Shown here: positions 16,247-25,816 of the stretch, one piece after another
How positions within the stretch are numbered: position 1 is the first letter of the stretch
Layout: each line of letters begins with the position of its first letter
Origin: Candidatus Zambryskibacteria bacterium RIFCSPHIGHO2_01_FULL_46_25
GTDB taxonomy: Bacteria; Patescibacteriota; Minisyncoccia; Phycocordibacterales; Zambryskibacteraceae
Reading direction: 5' to 3'
Assembly (NCBI GenBank): GCA_001825155.1
Contig: MHVH01000004.1
Location: 1 to 52,426 of the forward strand
DNA length: 52,426 nucleotides
Made by a program: the position numbers and the translations under genes
The notes under the pieces: model-generated
What the model was told of the DNA's origin: nothing
Seen by the model: only the letters and a program-made list of their open reading frames with translations
Databases searched by the model: none

Positions 16247-17549
16247 AAATATTCTCCGCACAGGGGTTTTAAATGAATTGAAAAAAGAAGTAGAAGTGGT
16301 ATTGCTTGTTCCTGATTTCAAACGCGATTTATATGCAAAAGAATTCGGAGATAATAACGTAATACTCGAATCAGTTCCGCCAATTAACCATTCCAAATTA
16401 GATAAGTTCTTTAGGGCTTTCTACTACTACTTTGTGGATACTGATACGGTACATATAATTCAAGCCGAACAATTTCTTTTTGAAAGAAGATATTTCAAAT
16501 ACTGGACAACCAGAATTCTCACTAAAATATTCGGCAACATTCCCTTGCTTAGAAAATTGATAAGAGTTTTGGATAAGCTTTCTTTTAACGATACTTTATT
16601 TACTAAAATATTCGATAAATATAATCCTGACATCGTTTTTATTCCTTCCATAACTGCCGATGACGAAAGTCTGGTGCTGCGCCAGGCGAGGTCGCGCGGT
16701 GTAAGGACGGTAGGGATGGTGCGCTCTTGGGACAACATTTCGGTTAATAAGGGAAATGTGCGTATCTTTCCCGATAAAATGCTCGTCCATACCAATATAT
16801 TGAAGAGTGATCTTATTCGCTATGCTGATTACCCTTCCGACAAAATTGAAGTAGTAGGTATGACTCATTTTGACTATTACATTACTGATAGGCGCATCCC
16901 ACGGGACGAATTTTTCAGACAAATTGGTGGTAACCCAAATAAAAAGACAATATATTTCATGCCTATTGGACTCTCTGATATAGATGAAGATAAATACATG
17001 CTTAAGCTTCTCGAATCATGGGTTCAAAGCGAACCAGCGTTCTCGAATACTCAACTCATGCTCTCAACTCATCCGAATGCAAGCAAGCCAGTAGACTACG
17101 CTTCCCCGGAGACTTTATTTATAAAATTTCCCGGGGTTATCAATTATCCCGGTGGTAAGCCCACGGACAGAGAAATAACAAAACCGGACATGGAACTCAT
17201 GGCATCCGCTATCTACCACTCTGACGTGGTGGTCAATTATCAGGGTACGACCACAATTGATGTCTCTGCTTTTGACAAGCCGGTAATAAACATAGCGTTT
17301 GATGGCATGAAAGATAAGCCTTATCTCAAAAGTGTTAGACGCTTTTATGATTACATTCATTATCTGCCGATTATAAAAAGCGGCGGAGTAAGGCTCGCGC
17401 ATAGCTCAGAAGAACTTCGCAAACAAATTATTGAATATTTGGATAATCCCCAAAAAGACAAGGAGGGAAGGAAAATAATAGTTGAAGAACAGGTACCTAT
17501 GCACGATGGTTACGCATCAGCGAGGACGGCTAAGGCTATATGTTCTTGA
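16203..17549 (+). CDS. Uncharacterised protein, probably a GT-B-fold transferase (TagF/capsule-like).
   Basis: A 448-aa ORF. The C-terminal segment SDVVVNYQGTTTIDVSAFDKPVINI resembles GT-B nucleotide-sugar-binding halves. No confident family could be assigned. Confidence 0.45.
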   Translation: MKKILIPIFHGHIARNILRTGVLNELKKEVEVVLLVPDFKRDLYAKEFGDNNVILESVPPINHSKLDKFFRAFYYYFVDTDTVHIIQAEQFLFERRYFKYWTTRILTKIFGNIPLLRKLIRVLDKLSFNDTLFTKIFDKYNPDIVFIPSITADDESLVLRQARSRGVRTVGMVRSWDNISVNKGNVRIFPDKMLVHTNILKSDLIRYADYPSDKIEVVGMTHFDYYITDRRIPRDEFFRQIGGNPNKKTIYFMPIGLSDIDEDKYMLKLLESWVQSEPAFSNTQLMLSTHPNASKPVDYASPETLFIKFPGVINYPGGKPTDREITKPDMELMASAIYHSDVVVNYQGTTTIDVSAFDKPVINIAFDGMKDKPYLKSVRRFYDYIHYLPIIKSGGVRLAHSSEELRKQIIEYLDNPQKDKEGRKIIVEEQVPMHDGYASARTAKAICS

Positions 17550-17554
17550 ATATC

Positions 17555-18619
17555 CTAAACCAGGTCGGATAGCTTAATTTGAGTGTCAACTGGGATATTT
17601 TTGGAAGCTTTTTTACCCAGCACTTTTGTGAAGTGGATTGCTTTTATTTCTCCGGTGCCTGGGCGTTTGACCCAAATATTTTCTTTGGTAAATTTCTCAC
17701 CTTTTTTTATAGACCTGATTGACACGACGCAAGCGTAAGCAAAATCTATCGTCGGTTTCTCTTCTTTTAAAATTAATTTTTTACCTCCCAATGCTTGATG
17801 TATAGCCCGAGAGCCGATGATCATTTCTTTTAATTCTTTTGGATCTATTGATATAGGCACATCTGGTCCAGACCAACTTTTATTAACGGTAAAATGCTTC
17901 TCTAGTATCGAGGCATTCAAGGCGACTGCTCCAAGACAAGTATAAATGCCCAAAGAATGATCAGAGAGACCCAACACTGCTCTAGGAAAAGCTTTTTGCA
18001 GTTCTTTAATAGCTCCTAGGCGCACCTTGTCATAAGGAGTGGGGTACATTGATGTGACATGTAGTAGTGCGTATTGTACTTTATGTTTTTCCAAAATCTT
18101 GACCGCAATTCTGACAGAGGCGATGTTGTTCATTCCGGTGCTCAAGATAATTGGCTTGCCGAAAGAGGCGATGTGTTCAATTAGAGGGTAGTTGTTGCAT
18201 TCTCCCGATCCTATCTTGTAAGCAGATACCCTCATTCGCTCCAGTCTATCCGCCGCAGCTCGCGAGAACGGAGTAGATAGATAAATCATTCCTTTATTCT
18301 CCGTATATTTTTTAAGCTCCCCCTCAGTCTTTTCGTTGAAGGCGGCCTTACTCATAATGTCCCAGATGGAAACTTTCGCATTCCCAGGGATGGTCTTTTT
18401 AGCAGCAGGGACCATCTCATCTTCAATGACATGAGATTGAAATTTGACACACTCCGCTCCAGCCGCCTTAGCCCAGTCAATCATCCTCTTAGCCTTCTTA
18501 ACACTTCCTCCATGATTTATGCCTATTTCGGCAATGACAAACGGCGGGTATTCGGCTCCAATCTTCCGACCCTCTATATTTATGAAAGGTTTCTTCATAT
18601 ATGTGACTAAACTTATCAT
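17555..18619 (-). CDS. neuB: N-acetylneuraminate (nonulosonate) synthase.
   Basis: N-terminal FVIAEIGINHGGSVKKAKRMIDWAKAAGAECVKFQ and a C-terminal SAF-like domain. Confidence 0.9.
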   Translation of the reverse strand: MISLVTYMKKPFINIEGRKIGAEYPPFVIAEIGINHGGSVKKAKRMIDWAKAAGAECVKFQSHVIEDEMVPAAKKTIPGNAKVSIWDIMSKAAFNEKTEGELKKYTENKGMIYLSTPFSRAAADRLERMRVSAYKIGSGECNNYPLIEHIASFGKPIILSTGMNNIASVRIAVKILEKHKVQYALLHVTSMYPTPYDKVRLGAIKELQKAFPRAVLGLSDHSLGIYTCLGAVALNASILEKHFTVNKSWSGPDVPISIDPKELKEMIIGSRAIHQALGGKKLILKEEKPTIDFAYACVVSIRSIKKGEKFTKENIWVKRPGTGEIKAIHFTKVLGKKASKNIPVDTQIKLSDLV

Positions 18620-18656
18620 TGTTTACCTTTTAGGCCAAATTCTGTAAAGTACAGGT

Positions 18657-19382
18657 ATGAATAGACCTAAGATATTTGGCGTTGTGCCTGCTAGGAGCAA
18701 CTCAGGTGGCATACCTGACAAGAATGTTAAGCTTCTTTTGGGGAAGCCGCTCTTGGCTTGGAGCGTTGAAGCCGGGATGAAAAGCGATGTTCTAGACAAG
18801 GTTATATTGCTTACAGATAGCAATGATTACGCAGAGATTGGCAAGAAATATGGGGCTGAAGTACCTTGGTTAGAACCAAGAGAATATGCCGGCAATACTT
18901 CGCATGTTTTCCATGCTATCAAATGGCTGATCCTGAAACTTGAAGAAGTTGCTGATAAGCCTGATTACATTGTTCTTCTTGAGCCAACCGCCCCGGCCCG
19001 CCAAGTGGAACATATACGCGAGCTTGTAAAAATTGTGTTGGATAATGGTGCTGATTCAGGTTTTACGGTGATACCAGTCAATGCAAACTCAAGTGCCTAT
19101 TGGCAATTTTCAATTGACAAAGAGAATCATCCCAATCTTGTAATGGGCGGTCCCTTCAAGGAAATAATTAGACAGAGACAACTTCTGCCGCAGTTGTTTA
19201 TCCGTGGCGGTTCCACTTACATCTCAAAGACAGAGTGCCTGCTTAAAGAGAATCCAGATATGTACGGAGACGATATTCGTGTTCTATCGATTGATTCTAA
19301 GTATGCAGTAGATTTAGATTCTGAAGAAGACTGGTTTCTGGCCGAAAAATATCTAAAGGGACTTTTCAAAGATGCAAGATAA
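18657..19382 (+). CDS. neuA: Acylneuraminate cytidylyltransferase (CMP-nonulosonate synthetase).
   Basis: N-terminal FGVVPARSNSGGIPDKNVKLLLGKPLLAWS signature. Confidence 0.85.
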   Translation: MNRPKIFGVVPARSNSGGIPDKNVKLLLGKPLLAWSVEAGMKSDVLDKVILLTDSNDYAEIGKKYGAEVPWLEPREYAGNTSHVFHAIKWLILKLEEVADKPDYIVLLEPTAPARQVEHIRELVKIVLDNGADSGFTVIPVNANSSAYWQFSIDKENHPNLVMGGPFKEIIRQRQLLPQLFIRGGSTYISKTECLLKENPDMYGDDIRVLSIDSKYAVDLDSEEDWFLAEKYLKGLFKDAR

Positions 19383-20529
19383 AAAACGAAAAATATGTGT
19401 ACTTGTGCTTAACCGCTCGGAGTATTCGAGACTGAAGCCGCTTATTAAGGTTTTAATATCTGATGACCGAATTGAGTTGTCTATTGTTACCTTAAAGAGT
19501 CGTTATGCAAACAATGAAATTCTTTTCAAGAATGATAATTTACCTTTGACGCATGTTATAAATCTAGATATTAAGGCGCGAGAATTGTCCGAAATGCCTA
19601 AGGCAATTGGCCGGTTGCTAGAAAAGTTCGGAGATTTATTCCATAGGAACAAGCCTGATGCGGTCGTCATTCATGGTGATCGTTATGAGGCTATAGCCGC
19701 CGCACTCGCTGCGACGTTCAATAATATATACATTGCGCATTTACAAGGCGGAGAGGTCACAGGAACGGCAGATGAACATATACGTCACGCTATTACTAAA
19801 CTTGCTCACCTCCACCTCACTTCAACAATTGAAGCCCGCAATAGAATAATCAAACTAGGAGAACCAGAAGAATCGGTAATCAATACAGGATGTCCCGGGG
19901 TTGATTTGCTTCTAAATACGCCGGCGTTTTCTTTTTTGGAGCTTAGGTATGAATTATACAAATCAGCAAACAACCGAATTGAAATACTGGAGAAGTTCCG
20001 AGATGATTATATGCTTGTCATGCAATCTTCTGTTACCACAGAAGATGATAAAGCAGAAGATCAGATAATAGCCACGCTCAAAGCGCTTGATAATTTCAAA
20101 GAAACCAAAGTAATTATGCTTCCGAATCCAGATGCTGGCGGGGATAAGATAGAGAGAGAAATTAAAAAATTCGTTTCAAAACGCAATGATTTTATTATCT
20201 TCAAGCATTTTCCGCCTGAGTTATTTGTTAATCTAATGCGCAATACAAGGGTGATGGTTGGGAATTCCTCGGCTGGTATCCGCGAAACCGGGTATTTTGG
20301 CGTGCCCACGGTCAATATCGGTACCAGACAGATAGGTAGAGAAAGATCAGAAAATATAATTGATGTAGGAAATGATGAAAAAGAAATAACTGCGGCTATA
20401 CGAAAACAATTAGAACACGGTCCATATAAACCAGAAAGGATATACGGGGAAGGAAACGCGGCGGCTAAGATAGCGGAAATACTATCCTCTGTCGACTTCA
20501 GCAAGATTCAGAAACAGATAACATACTAA
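19372..20529 (+). CDS. neuC: UDP-N-acetylglucosamine 2-epimerase, hydrolysing type.
   Basis: HGDRYEAIAAALAATFNNIYIAHLQGGEVTGTADEHIRHAITKLAHLH matches the NeuC-type signature. Confidence 0.8.
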   Translation: MQDKKRKICVLVLNRSEYSRLKPLIKVLISDDRIELSIVTLKSRYANNEILFKNDNLPLTHVINLDIKARELSEMPKAIGRLLEKFGDLFHRNKPDAVVIHGDRYEAIAAALAATFNNIYIAHLQGGEVTGTADEHIRHAITKLAHLHLTSTIEARNRIIKLGEPEESVINTGCPGVDLLLNTPAFSFLELRYELYKSANNRIEILEKFRDDYMLVMQSSVTTEDDKAEDQIIATLKALDNFKETKVIMLPNPDAGGDKIEREIKKFVSKRNDFIIFKHFPPELFVNLMRNTRVMVGNSSAGIRETGYFGVPTVNIGTRQIGRERSENIIDVGNDEKEITAAIRKQLEHGPYKPERIYGEGNAAAKIAEILSSVDFSKIQKQITY

Positions 20530-20530
20530 A

Positions 20531-21223
20531 ATGCTTGGACTTAAATATTTCAACCCGAAAGATATTAAGGGTCATAAGGAGCTTATACAGAAATATCTAA
20601 ATGAAGAAGGAGGCAGTCCTGTAATATTCTCCGGGAGAGCTGGAAAACTTGTAGAGGAATTTGTGCCCACAAGAGACGCAAAGATTCTCGATCTTGCTCC
20701 TGCAACAGGGACACTGCAGGAGCAACTTTTATCAGTCGGGTATCAGAATTTATATGCCGCGGATGTTGATGATTATAGGAGAGTAAAGAACATAAAGGAA
20801 TTTAAAAAAGTTGACTTCTGTTTTGATAAACTACCCTGGCCGGACTCTTTTTTTGATGCTATCACAAGTTTCGAAACCATAGAACATCTCGAGAATCCGC
20901 ACCACTTTATTAGGGAAATTAATCGGATATTGAAGCCTGAAGGGACATTTATTTTATCTATGCCCAATATTGACCATATATTTAACAGAATATTCTTTCT
21001 TCGAAAAGGCGATATGCCGCGTTGGAGAAAAAATAATAACCACATATCAATGTTTCCTAAAGGTGTTTTCGAAAAGTCATTCCTACCTTATTTTGACGTA
21101 GTTCATCGCGGATTTTTTTGGGGTCATTTTCCCTACAGATTTCTCTCAAAACTCAAGGGATATCCAGAAAATAAGTGGTTTGCTCACACCGCCTATTGGG
21201 TTTTCAAGCCGAAAACTAAATGA
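20531..21223 (+). CDS. Class I SAM-dependent methyltransferase.
   Basis: ILDLAPATG (motif I) and LKPEGTFILSMPN (post-motif). Confidence 0.8.
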   Translation: MLGLKYFNPKDIKGHKELIQKYLNEEGGSPVIFSGRAGKLVEEFVPTRDAKILDLAPATGTLQEQLLSVGYQNLYAADVDDYRRVKNIKEFKKVDFCFDKLPWPDSFFDAITSFETIEHLENPHHFIREINRILKPEGTFILSMPNIDHIFNRIFFLRKGDMPRWRKNNNHISMFPKGVFEKSFLPYFDVVHRGFFWGHFPYRFLSKLKGYPENKWFAHTAYWVFKPKTK

Positions 21224-22320
21224 AAATAGTTTATATCAGCCAAATCAGAATACCCACCAGAAACGCCCACGGTTTTCAGATTATAAATATGTGCGCTGCA
21301 TTCGCTGCACAAGGGATAGCAGTGGAGCTTCTAGTTCCATGGAGGAACAATTTGTTGAAAGACGACCCATTTGATTTTTACCATGTGCCGAAAAATTTTA
21401 AGATACAAAAAGTTCCTGCCATCGACCTTTATTTTCTGCGTTTTGTGCCGGAGAAAATATCTTCGTTTGTGCTCCTTTTCTCTTTTTTAATATCGGCTCG
21501 TATTTACCTCTGGTTTCATAAAGGTGACGCATTATATACTCGCGAGAAATATGCGGCCTTATTTTTTAAAAACTTTATATACGAGATACATATGCCAGAG
21601 CAAATGCGATTCCATGGATTTAAGCCGAAGAAAGTAATAGTGCTGACAAATTATATTAAAAGTGAATTGGTTCGCTTAGGCATATCCGGAGATAAAATAC
21701 TTGTAGCGCCTGACGCTGTTAACCTCGAAATGTTTTCCAAGGTTAGTAAAGAGGAAGCAAGAAAGCGTCTTGGCCTTCCTCTCGATAAATCTATTGTGCT
21801 TTACTGTGGTAATTTTAAGGTGTGGAAAGGGGTAGATACGCTCGCAGAGGCGGCTAGCCTGCTTCCTGATGTGCTTGTGGTAATGGTGGGAGCGACTAAA
21901 GAATCTGATTTAAAGCGCATTCAAGAAAAAGTGCGAGGATGTGAGAATGTCATAGTTGAGGGATTCAAATCACCCGAAGAATTACCAGTGTATCTCGCGG
22001 CTGCAGATGTGCTTGTTCTCCCCAACACGGCAAAAGACGAAAACTCTCTGCTTTTTACCTCGCCCCTCAAACTTTTTGAATATATGGCTGCTGGTAGGCC
22101 CATTATTGCATCAGACCTGCCTTCTTTACGAGAGATATTGGATAATAGCAATGCGATATTTTTCAAACCGGATTTGGCAAAGAGTCTGTCTGAGACCACC
22201 CTAACACTTCTTGCTCATCCGGAATTACAGGAAAGACTAGCTAATCAGGCGCTTAAAGATGTGGAGGAATATACTTGGGACAAGAGGGCCAAGTCAGTCA
22301 TGGATTTTCTAAAGAAATAA
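21220..22320 (+). CDS. Glycosyltransferase family 4.
   Basis: SPLKLFEYMAAGRPIIASDLPSLREIL signature. Confidence 0.8.
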   Translation: MKIVYISQIRIPTRNAHGFQIINMCAAFAAQGIAVELLVPWRNNLLKDDPFDFYHVPKNFKIQKVPAIDLYFLRFVPEKISSFVLLFSFLISARIYLWFHKGDALYTREKYAALFFKNFIYEIHMPEQMRFHGFKPKKVIVLTNYIKSELVRLGISGDKILVAPDAVNLEMFSKVSKEEARKRLGLPLDKSIVLYCGNFKVWKGVDTLAEAASLLPDVLVVMVGATKESDLKRIQEKVRGCENVIVEGFKSPEELPVYLAAADVLVLPNTAKDENSLLFTSPLKLFEYMAAGRPIIASDLPSLREILDNSNAIFFKPDLAKSLSETTLTLLAHPELQERLANQALKDVEEYTWDKRAKSVMDFLKK

Positions 22321-22322
22321 TT

Positions 22323-22970
22323 ATGGGTTTATTATCGAAAATTGCTAGAAGAAAAATGGACGAAAAAGTAGCACCATATGCTAGTGATAAGGAGACACTA
22401 GAAGTCGGTGCTTATGGGAGGCCGAGCTATGGAAGATATTTCCCCAATAAGGTTGGTCTTGATATTAGAAATGGACCTGGCGTAGATGTGGTTTCTAGCG
22501 TCTATGGATTACCTTTCGATGATAGTAGTTTTGATATCGTTTTATGTATGGTTGTACTAGAACATCTAGAAGATCCAAAAAAAGCGATTGCTGAAATGCT
22601 TCGTGTGCTCAGACCAGGCGGTAAGATACTTATATCTGTACCATTTCTTTTCCCCATTCATGATTCCCCCAATGACTTTTGGAGATTTACGAAATACGGG
22701 CTCAGGGTGCTATTTAAAGATTGGAATATTGTTGAATTAAGTGCAGAGACGAATTTTAACGAGACGTTCGCTGTTCTCTTGCAAAGGGTCGGATATCAGA
22801 CAAAATTTTATGCAAACCCGATTTTCAAAGTATGTATTTTTTCATTAGCATGGATCCTTGCTCGAATACCAACGATGACAAAGAATATTTATGGAAATAT
22901 CGAGAAAAGTGTTCTCGAACCAGAAGCATTTACCAGCTCATTTTTTCTAGTCGCTTGCAAGAAAAAATAA
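22323..22970 (+). CDS. Class I SAM-dependent methyltransferase, type 11-like.
   Basis: FDIVLCMVVLEHLEDP and LRPGGKILISVP. The start is set at the ATG at 22323, just after the upstream stop. Confidence 0.8.
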   Translation: MGLLSKIARRKMDEKVAPYASDKETLEVGAYGRPSYGRYFPNKVGLDIRNGPGVDVVSSVYGLPFDDSSFDIVLCMVVLEHLEDPKKAIAEMLRVLRPGGKILISVPFLFPIHDSPNDFWRFTKYGLRVLFKDWNIVELSAETNFNETFAVLLQRVGYQTKFYANPIFKVCIFSLAWILARIPTMTKNIYGNIEKSVLEPEAFTSSFFLVACKKK

Positions 22971-24644
22971 TCAAGTTTCTAGTGTTTGTATCTCCTTTTT
23001 AATAAAATCAGCCAGACGTATAGCTAAGGCGCAAATGGTGTAGGTAGGATTAGCACAGCCACTGGTGGGAAAGACCGAACCGCCGCAAATGTAGAGATTC
23101 TCCACACCATGAACTCGTAAATCACTATTAACCACAGAAGTTAACGGATCTATGCCCATTCTCGTGCCGCCAAGGTGGTGACTTGCCTCAGCATTGATTG
23201 GCCACGGGCGGACCTTTTCCAGGTCGCTTTCTAGTGTACCGATTTTATTTTTTTCAATTTCTTCACCAAACAGTCTATGGAGTTCTATGAGTGATCGGCG
23301 GTCAAGCGTCGATGTATTCAAAGCCACAGATGGTAAAGCGTTTCCATTAGCATCGAGTTTATCGCTTAAAGTAAGCCGATTTTCTGGTATTGGTTCCATC
23401 TCCATGAAATTTCGTAATCGTACCGTTTTTACCAGGAGTTCCTTCTTGTTGTTAAGACGATAATAAATATAGGAAAATATTGCCGGCATATCCGTAATTA
23501 TTGTCCAGACAGATGACAACCAGTTAATTTTTTGATTAAACCCACGCTTCTCATTTACTTCGTCCCCAGTTTCATTCCAATCTCGCAATTGAACTATGTT
23601 TTTTTGTTTTTGTTTCCACCAGTTAAGAAAGCGCTTCGCTTTTTTCACTATAATTATTAATGCAGTAATTCCTTGACTGTCTGTCCATGAAAAGATTGGT
23701 TCGAAACGGAGGTAGCTGTTGAGTACTTTTAAAGAACGTTCAGAATCGTCTTGGAGTCGGATTCCCGCATATCCAGACCATCCATCACGCAGATATCCGA
23801 ATAAGTGCGGTAAATTTTTTACGGGTTTTGTCAGTTTAATAATTCCAAAGTTCCCTTTTGGATGGTTCATAAGGTATCGACCAACCTGGTCATGATTATT
23901 CCCCAAACCATGAGGATTTGTATTCCGTGAGAGTAAAAGAAGACGGGCATTTTCCAGTCCTCCGGTTGCCAAGACAAACATTTTTGCAGATATTTTTCGC
24001 GCATCATTGTTTGGAGTCCGGATATCAGCACTTGTCACGTAAGTTTGTTGCGTATCCTTCTTTGATGATAAAGAGGTAACCGTCGCGTTCAGATACAGGT
24101 CTACGTTATGGGCGTTAAATATAGAATGTAATTTTTGTCCGAAATTCCACGGAGGATCTTTGGCGATAAAAGTTTTTTCGAGTATGCGTGATGAGGAGAA
24201 TGCAAAGTCCCCAGCATCTCTGGCTTCTGCTAGCCATGATCCATCAAACGATTCAAGAGAGGGAAAGCCGTATCGTGTGGCTCTACGATAATATGGTTTG
24301 AGATCGGAAAGAGTTAGAGGCCAACCTGTTGAGTGTGAAAGATAGGGACGATTTTCCAAATCGATTTGGTCAAGAGGCGCAGAAAGGCTAGACCATGTGG
24401 TGGATGCTCCACCCAAAACTCTCTCTCTTGACGATGGTCGAATGAATATTTCCCCAGTATTTTTAACCTCACGCAATGCGTCTGCATATGGAGTTTTTCC
24501 TACTTCGCCGCTTTCTATCACGGCGATGCGCTTTCCTGAGCTGGCCAATTCGTTTGCTAGGGTTAGTCCTGCGGGGCCAGAGCCAATAATACAGATGTCG
24601 TAGTGACCACTTGGCGTTTCTTTCGTAATATCTTTTAGAGCCAT
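22971..24644 (-). CDS. GMC-family FAD-dependent oxidoreductase.
   Basis: N-terminal dinucleotide fold DICIIGSGPAGLTLANELA. The C-terminus HHLGGTRMG...NLYICGGSVFPTSG is typical of GMC enzymes. Confidence 0.8.
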   Translation of the reverse strand: MALKDITKETPSGHYDICIIGSGPAGLTLANELASSGKRIAVIESGEVGKTPYADALREVKNTGEIFIRPSSRERVLGGASTTWSSLSAPLDQIDLENRPYLSHSTGWPLTLSDLKPYYRRATRYGFPSLESFDGSWLAEARDAGDFAFSSSRILEKTFIAKDPPWNFGQKLHSIFNAHNVDLYLNATVTSLSSKKDTQQTYVTSADIRTPNNDARKISAKMFVLATGGLENARLLLLSRNTNPHGLGNNHDQVGRYLMNHPKGNFGIIKLTKPVKNLPHLFGYLRDGWSGYAGIRLQDDSERSLKVLNSYLRFEPIFSWTDSQGITALIIIVKKAKRFLNWWKQKQKNIVQLRDWNETGDEVNEKRGFNQKINWLSSVWTIITDMPAIFSYIYYRLNNKKELLVKTVRLRNFMEMEPIPENRLTLSDKLDANGNALPSVALNTSTLDRRSLIELHRLFGEEIEKNKIGTLESDLEKVRPWPINAEASHHLGGTRMGIDPLTSVVNSDLRVHGVENLYICGGSVFPTSGCANPTYTICALAIRLADFIKKEIQTLET

Positions 24645-24721
24645 TAAAAAATTGTATCACAATCTCCTGTGGTATTTGGCTGTACTATGGTATAGGATAT
24701 GTTTCGCTCGCGATAATTCCT

Positions 24722-25816
24722 ATGACTCCTAAAATAGCTATAATTCTCGGTACTCGTCCAGAAATTATAAAAATGTCTCCTATTGTAAAGGCTTTTCAAA
24801 ACAGGGCCATAGATTTTTTTATTCTCCATACCGGTCAACATTATAGTTACGAATTAGATAAAAAAATGTTCGAAGATCTAGGAGTTCCCGCTCCTAAATA
24901 TAATTTGCATATCGGAGGTGAACCCTATCGAAAACAAGTTGGGTTTATGATAAGAGATGTAAGTAATATTCTAAAAAAAGATCGACCCGGCGCAATTATT
25001 GTGCAAGGCGATACCACATCTGTTCTGACAGGAGCACTTTCTGCTAATAAGCTCGGTATTCCCGTAGCTCATCATGAAGCGGGGCTTCGCAGTCACGACC
25101 TTTCTATGCTTGAAGAAGAAAATCGAATAATCACAGATCACATTTCAGATTATCTTTTTGTTCCTACCAAAGATGCTCTCAAAAATTTAATTGAAGAAGG
25201 TATTGATGAGGAAAAAGTTTTTTTAACGGGCAATACTATTGTTGATACGGTTATCCAAAATGTTAAAATTGCAGAAACAAAAGCCACTAAGTTTAAAGAA
25301 TTAGGTCTCATTCCCAAGGGGTATATTCTTGCTTCTGTTCATCGCGCGGAAAATGTAGATGTAAAAGAAAGATTGTTTTGCATTATAGAAGGATTAGAGA
25401 TGACAGCAAAAAAAATTGGTATTTCTGTTGTCTTGCCACTTCACCCGAGAACTTCTATTAGACTCAAGGAATTCAACATCGCTATCCCGTCTTCTATACA
25501 TTGTATTGATCCCGTGGGGTTTCTAGACTTGCTAGTCTTAGAAAAAAATGCCGCACTTATTATGACTGATTCCGGCGGACTTCAAGAAGAAGCTTTTATT
25601 TTGAATGTTCCTTGTGTTACCCTTCGTGATAACACGGAGAGACCAGAAACGATTAAGTACGGGGCCAATATCTTAGCTGGAACCAATCCTGAAACTATTG
25701 TGCAATCTGCACGGGTGATGATGGAAAAAAACTTGAATTTAACTACCCACGACAATCCCTTTGGCGATGGTCGAGCCGGGGAGCGCATCGTTGATATTCT
25801 TTTGAAGTCTCTATGA
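24722..25816 (+). CDS. wecB: UDP-N-acetylglucosamine 2-epimerase, non-hydrolysing.
   Basis: GTRPEIIKMSPI, VQGDTTSVL and TDSGGLQEEA motifs. Confidence 0.9.
   Translation: MTPKIAIILGTRPEIIKMSPIVKAFQNRAIDFFILHTGQHYSYELDKKMFEDLGVPAPKYNLHIGGEPYRKQVGFMIRDVSNILKKDRPGAIIVQGDTTSVLTGALSANKLGIPVAHHEAGLRSHDLSMLEEENRIITDHISDYLFVPTKDALKNLIEEGIDEEKVFLTGNTIVDTVIQNVKIAETKATKFKELGLIPKGYILASVHRAENVDVKERLFCIIEGLEMTAKKIGISVVLPLHPRTSIRLKEFNIAIPSSIHCIDPVGFLDLLVLEKNAALIMTDSGGLQEEAFILNVPCVTLRDNTERPETIKYGANILAGTNPETIVQSARVMMEKNLNLTTHDNPFGDGRAGERIVDILLKSL

Noticed and set aside
20061-20504. A 147-aa minus-strand ORF inside neuC.
   Set aside because: It is antisense to a gene with clear NeuC motifs and has no motifs of its own, so it is a shadow ORF.
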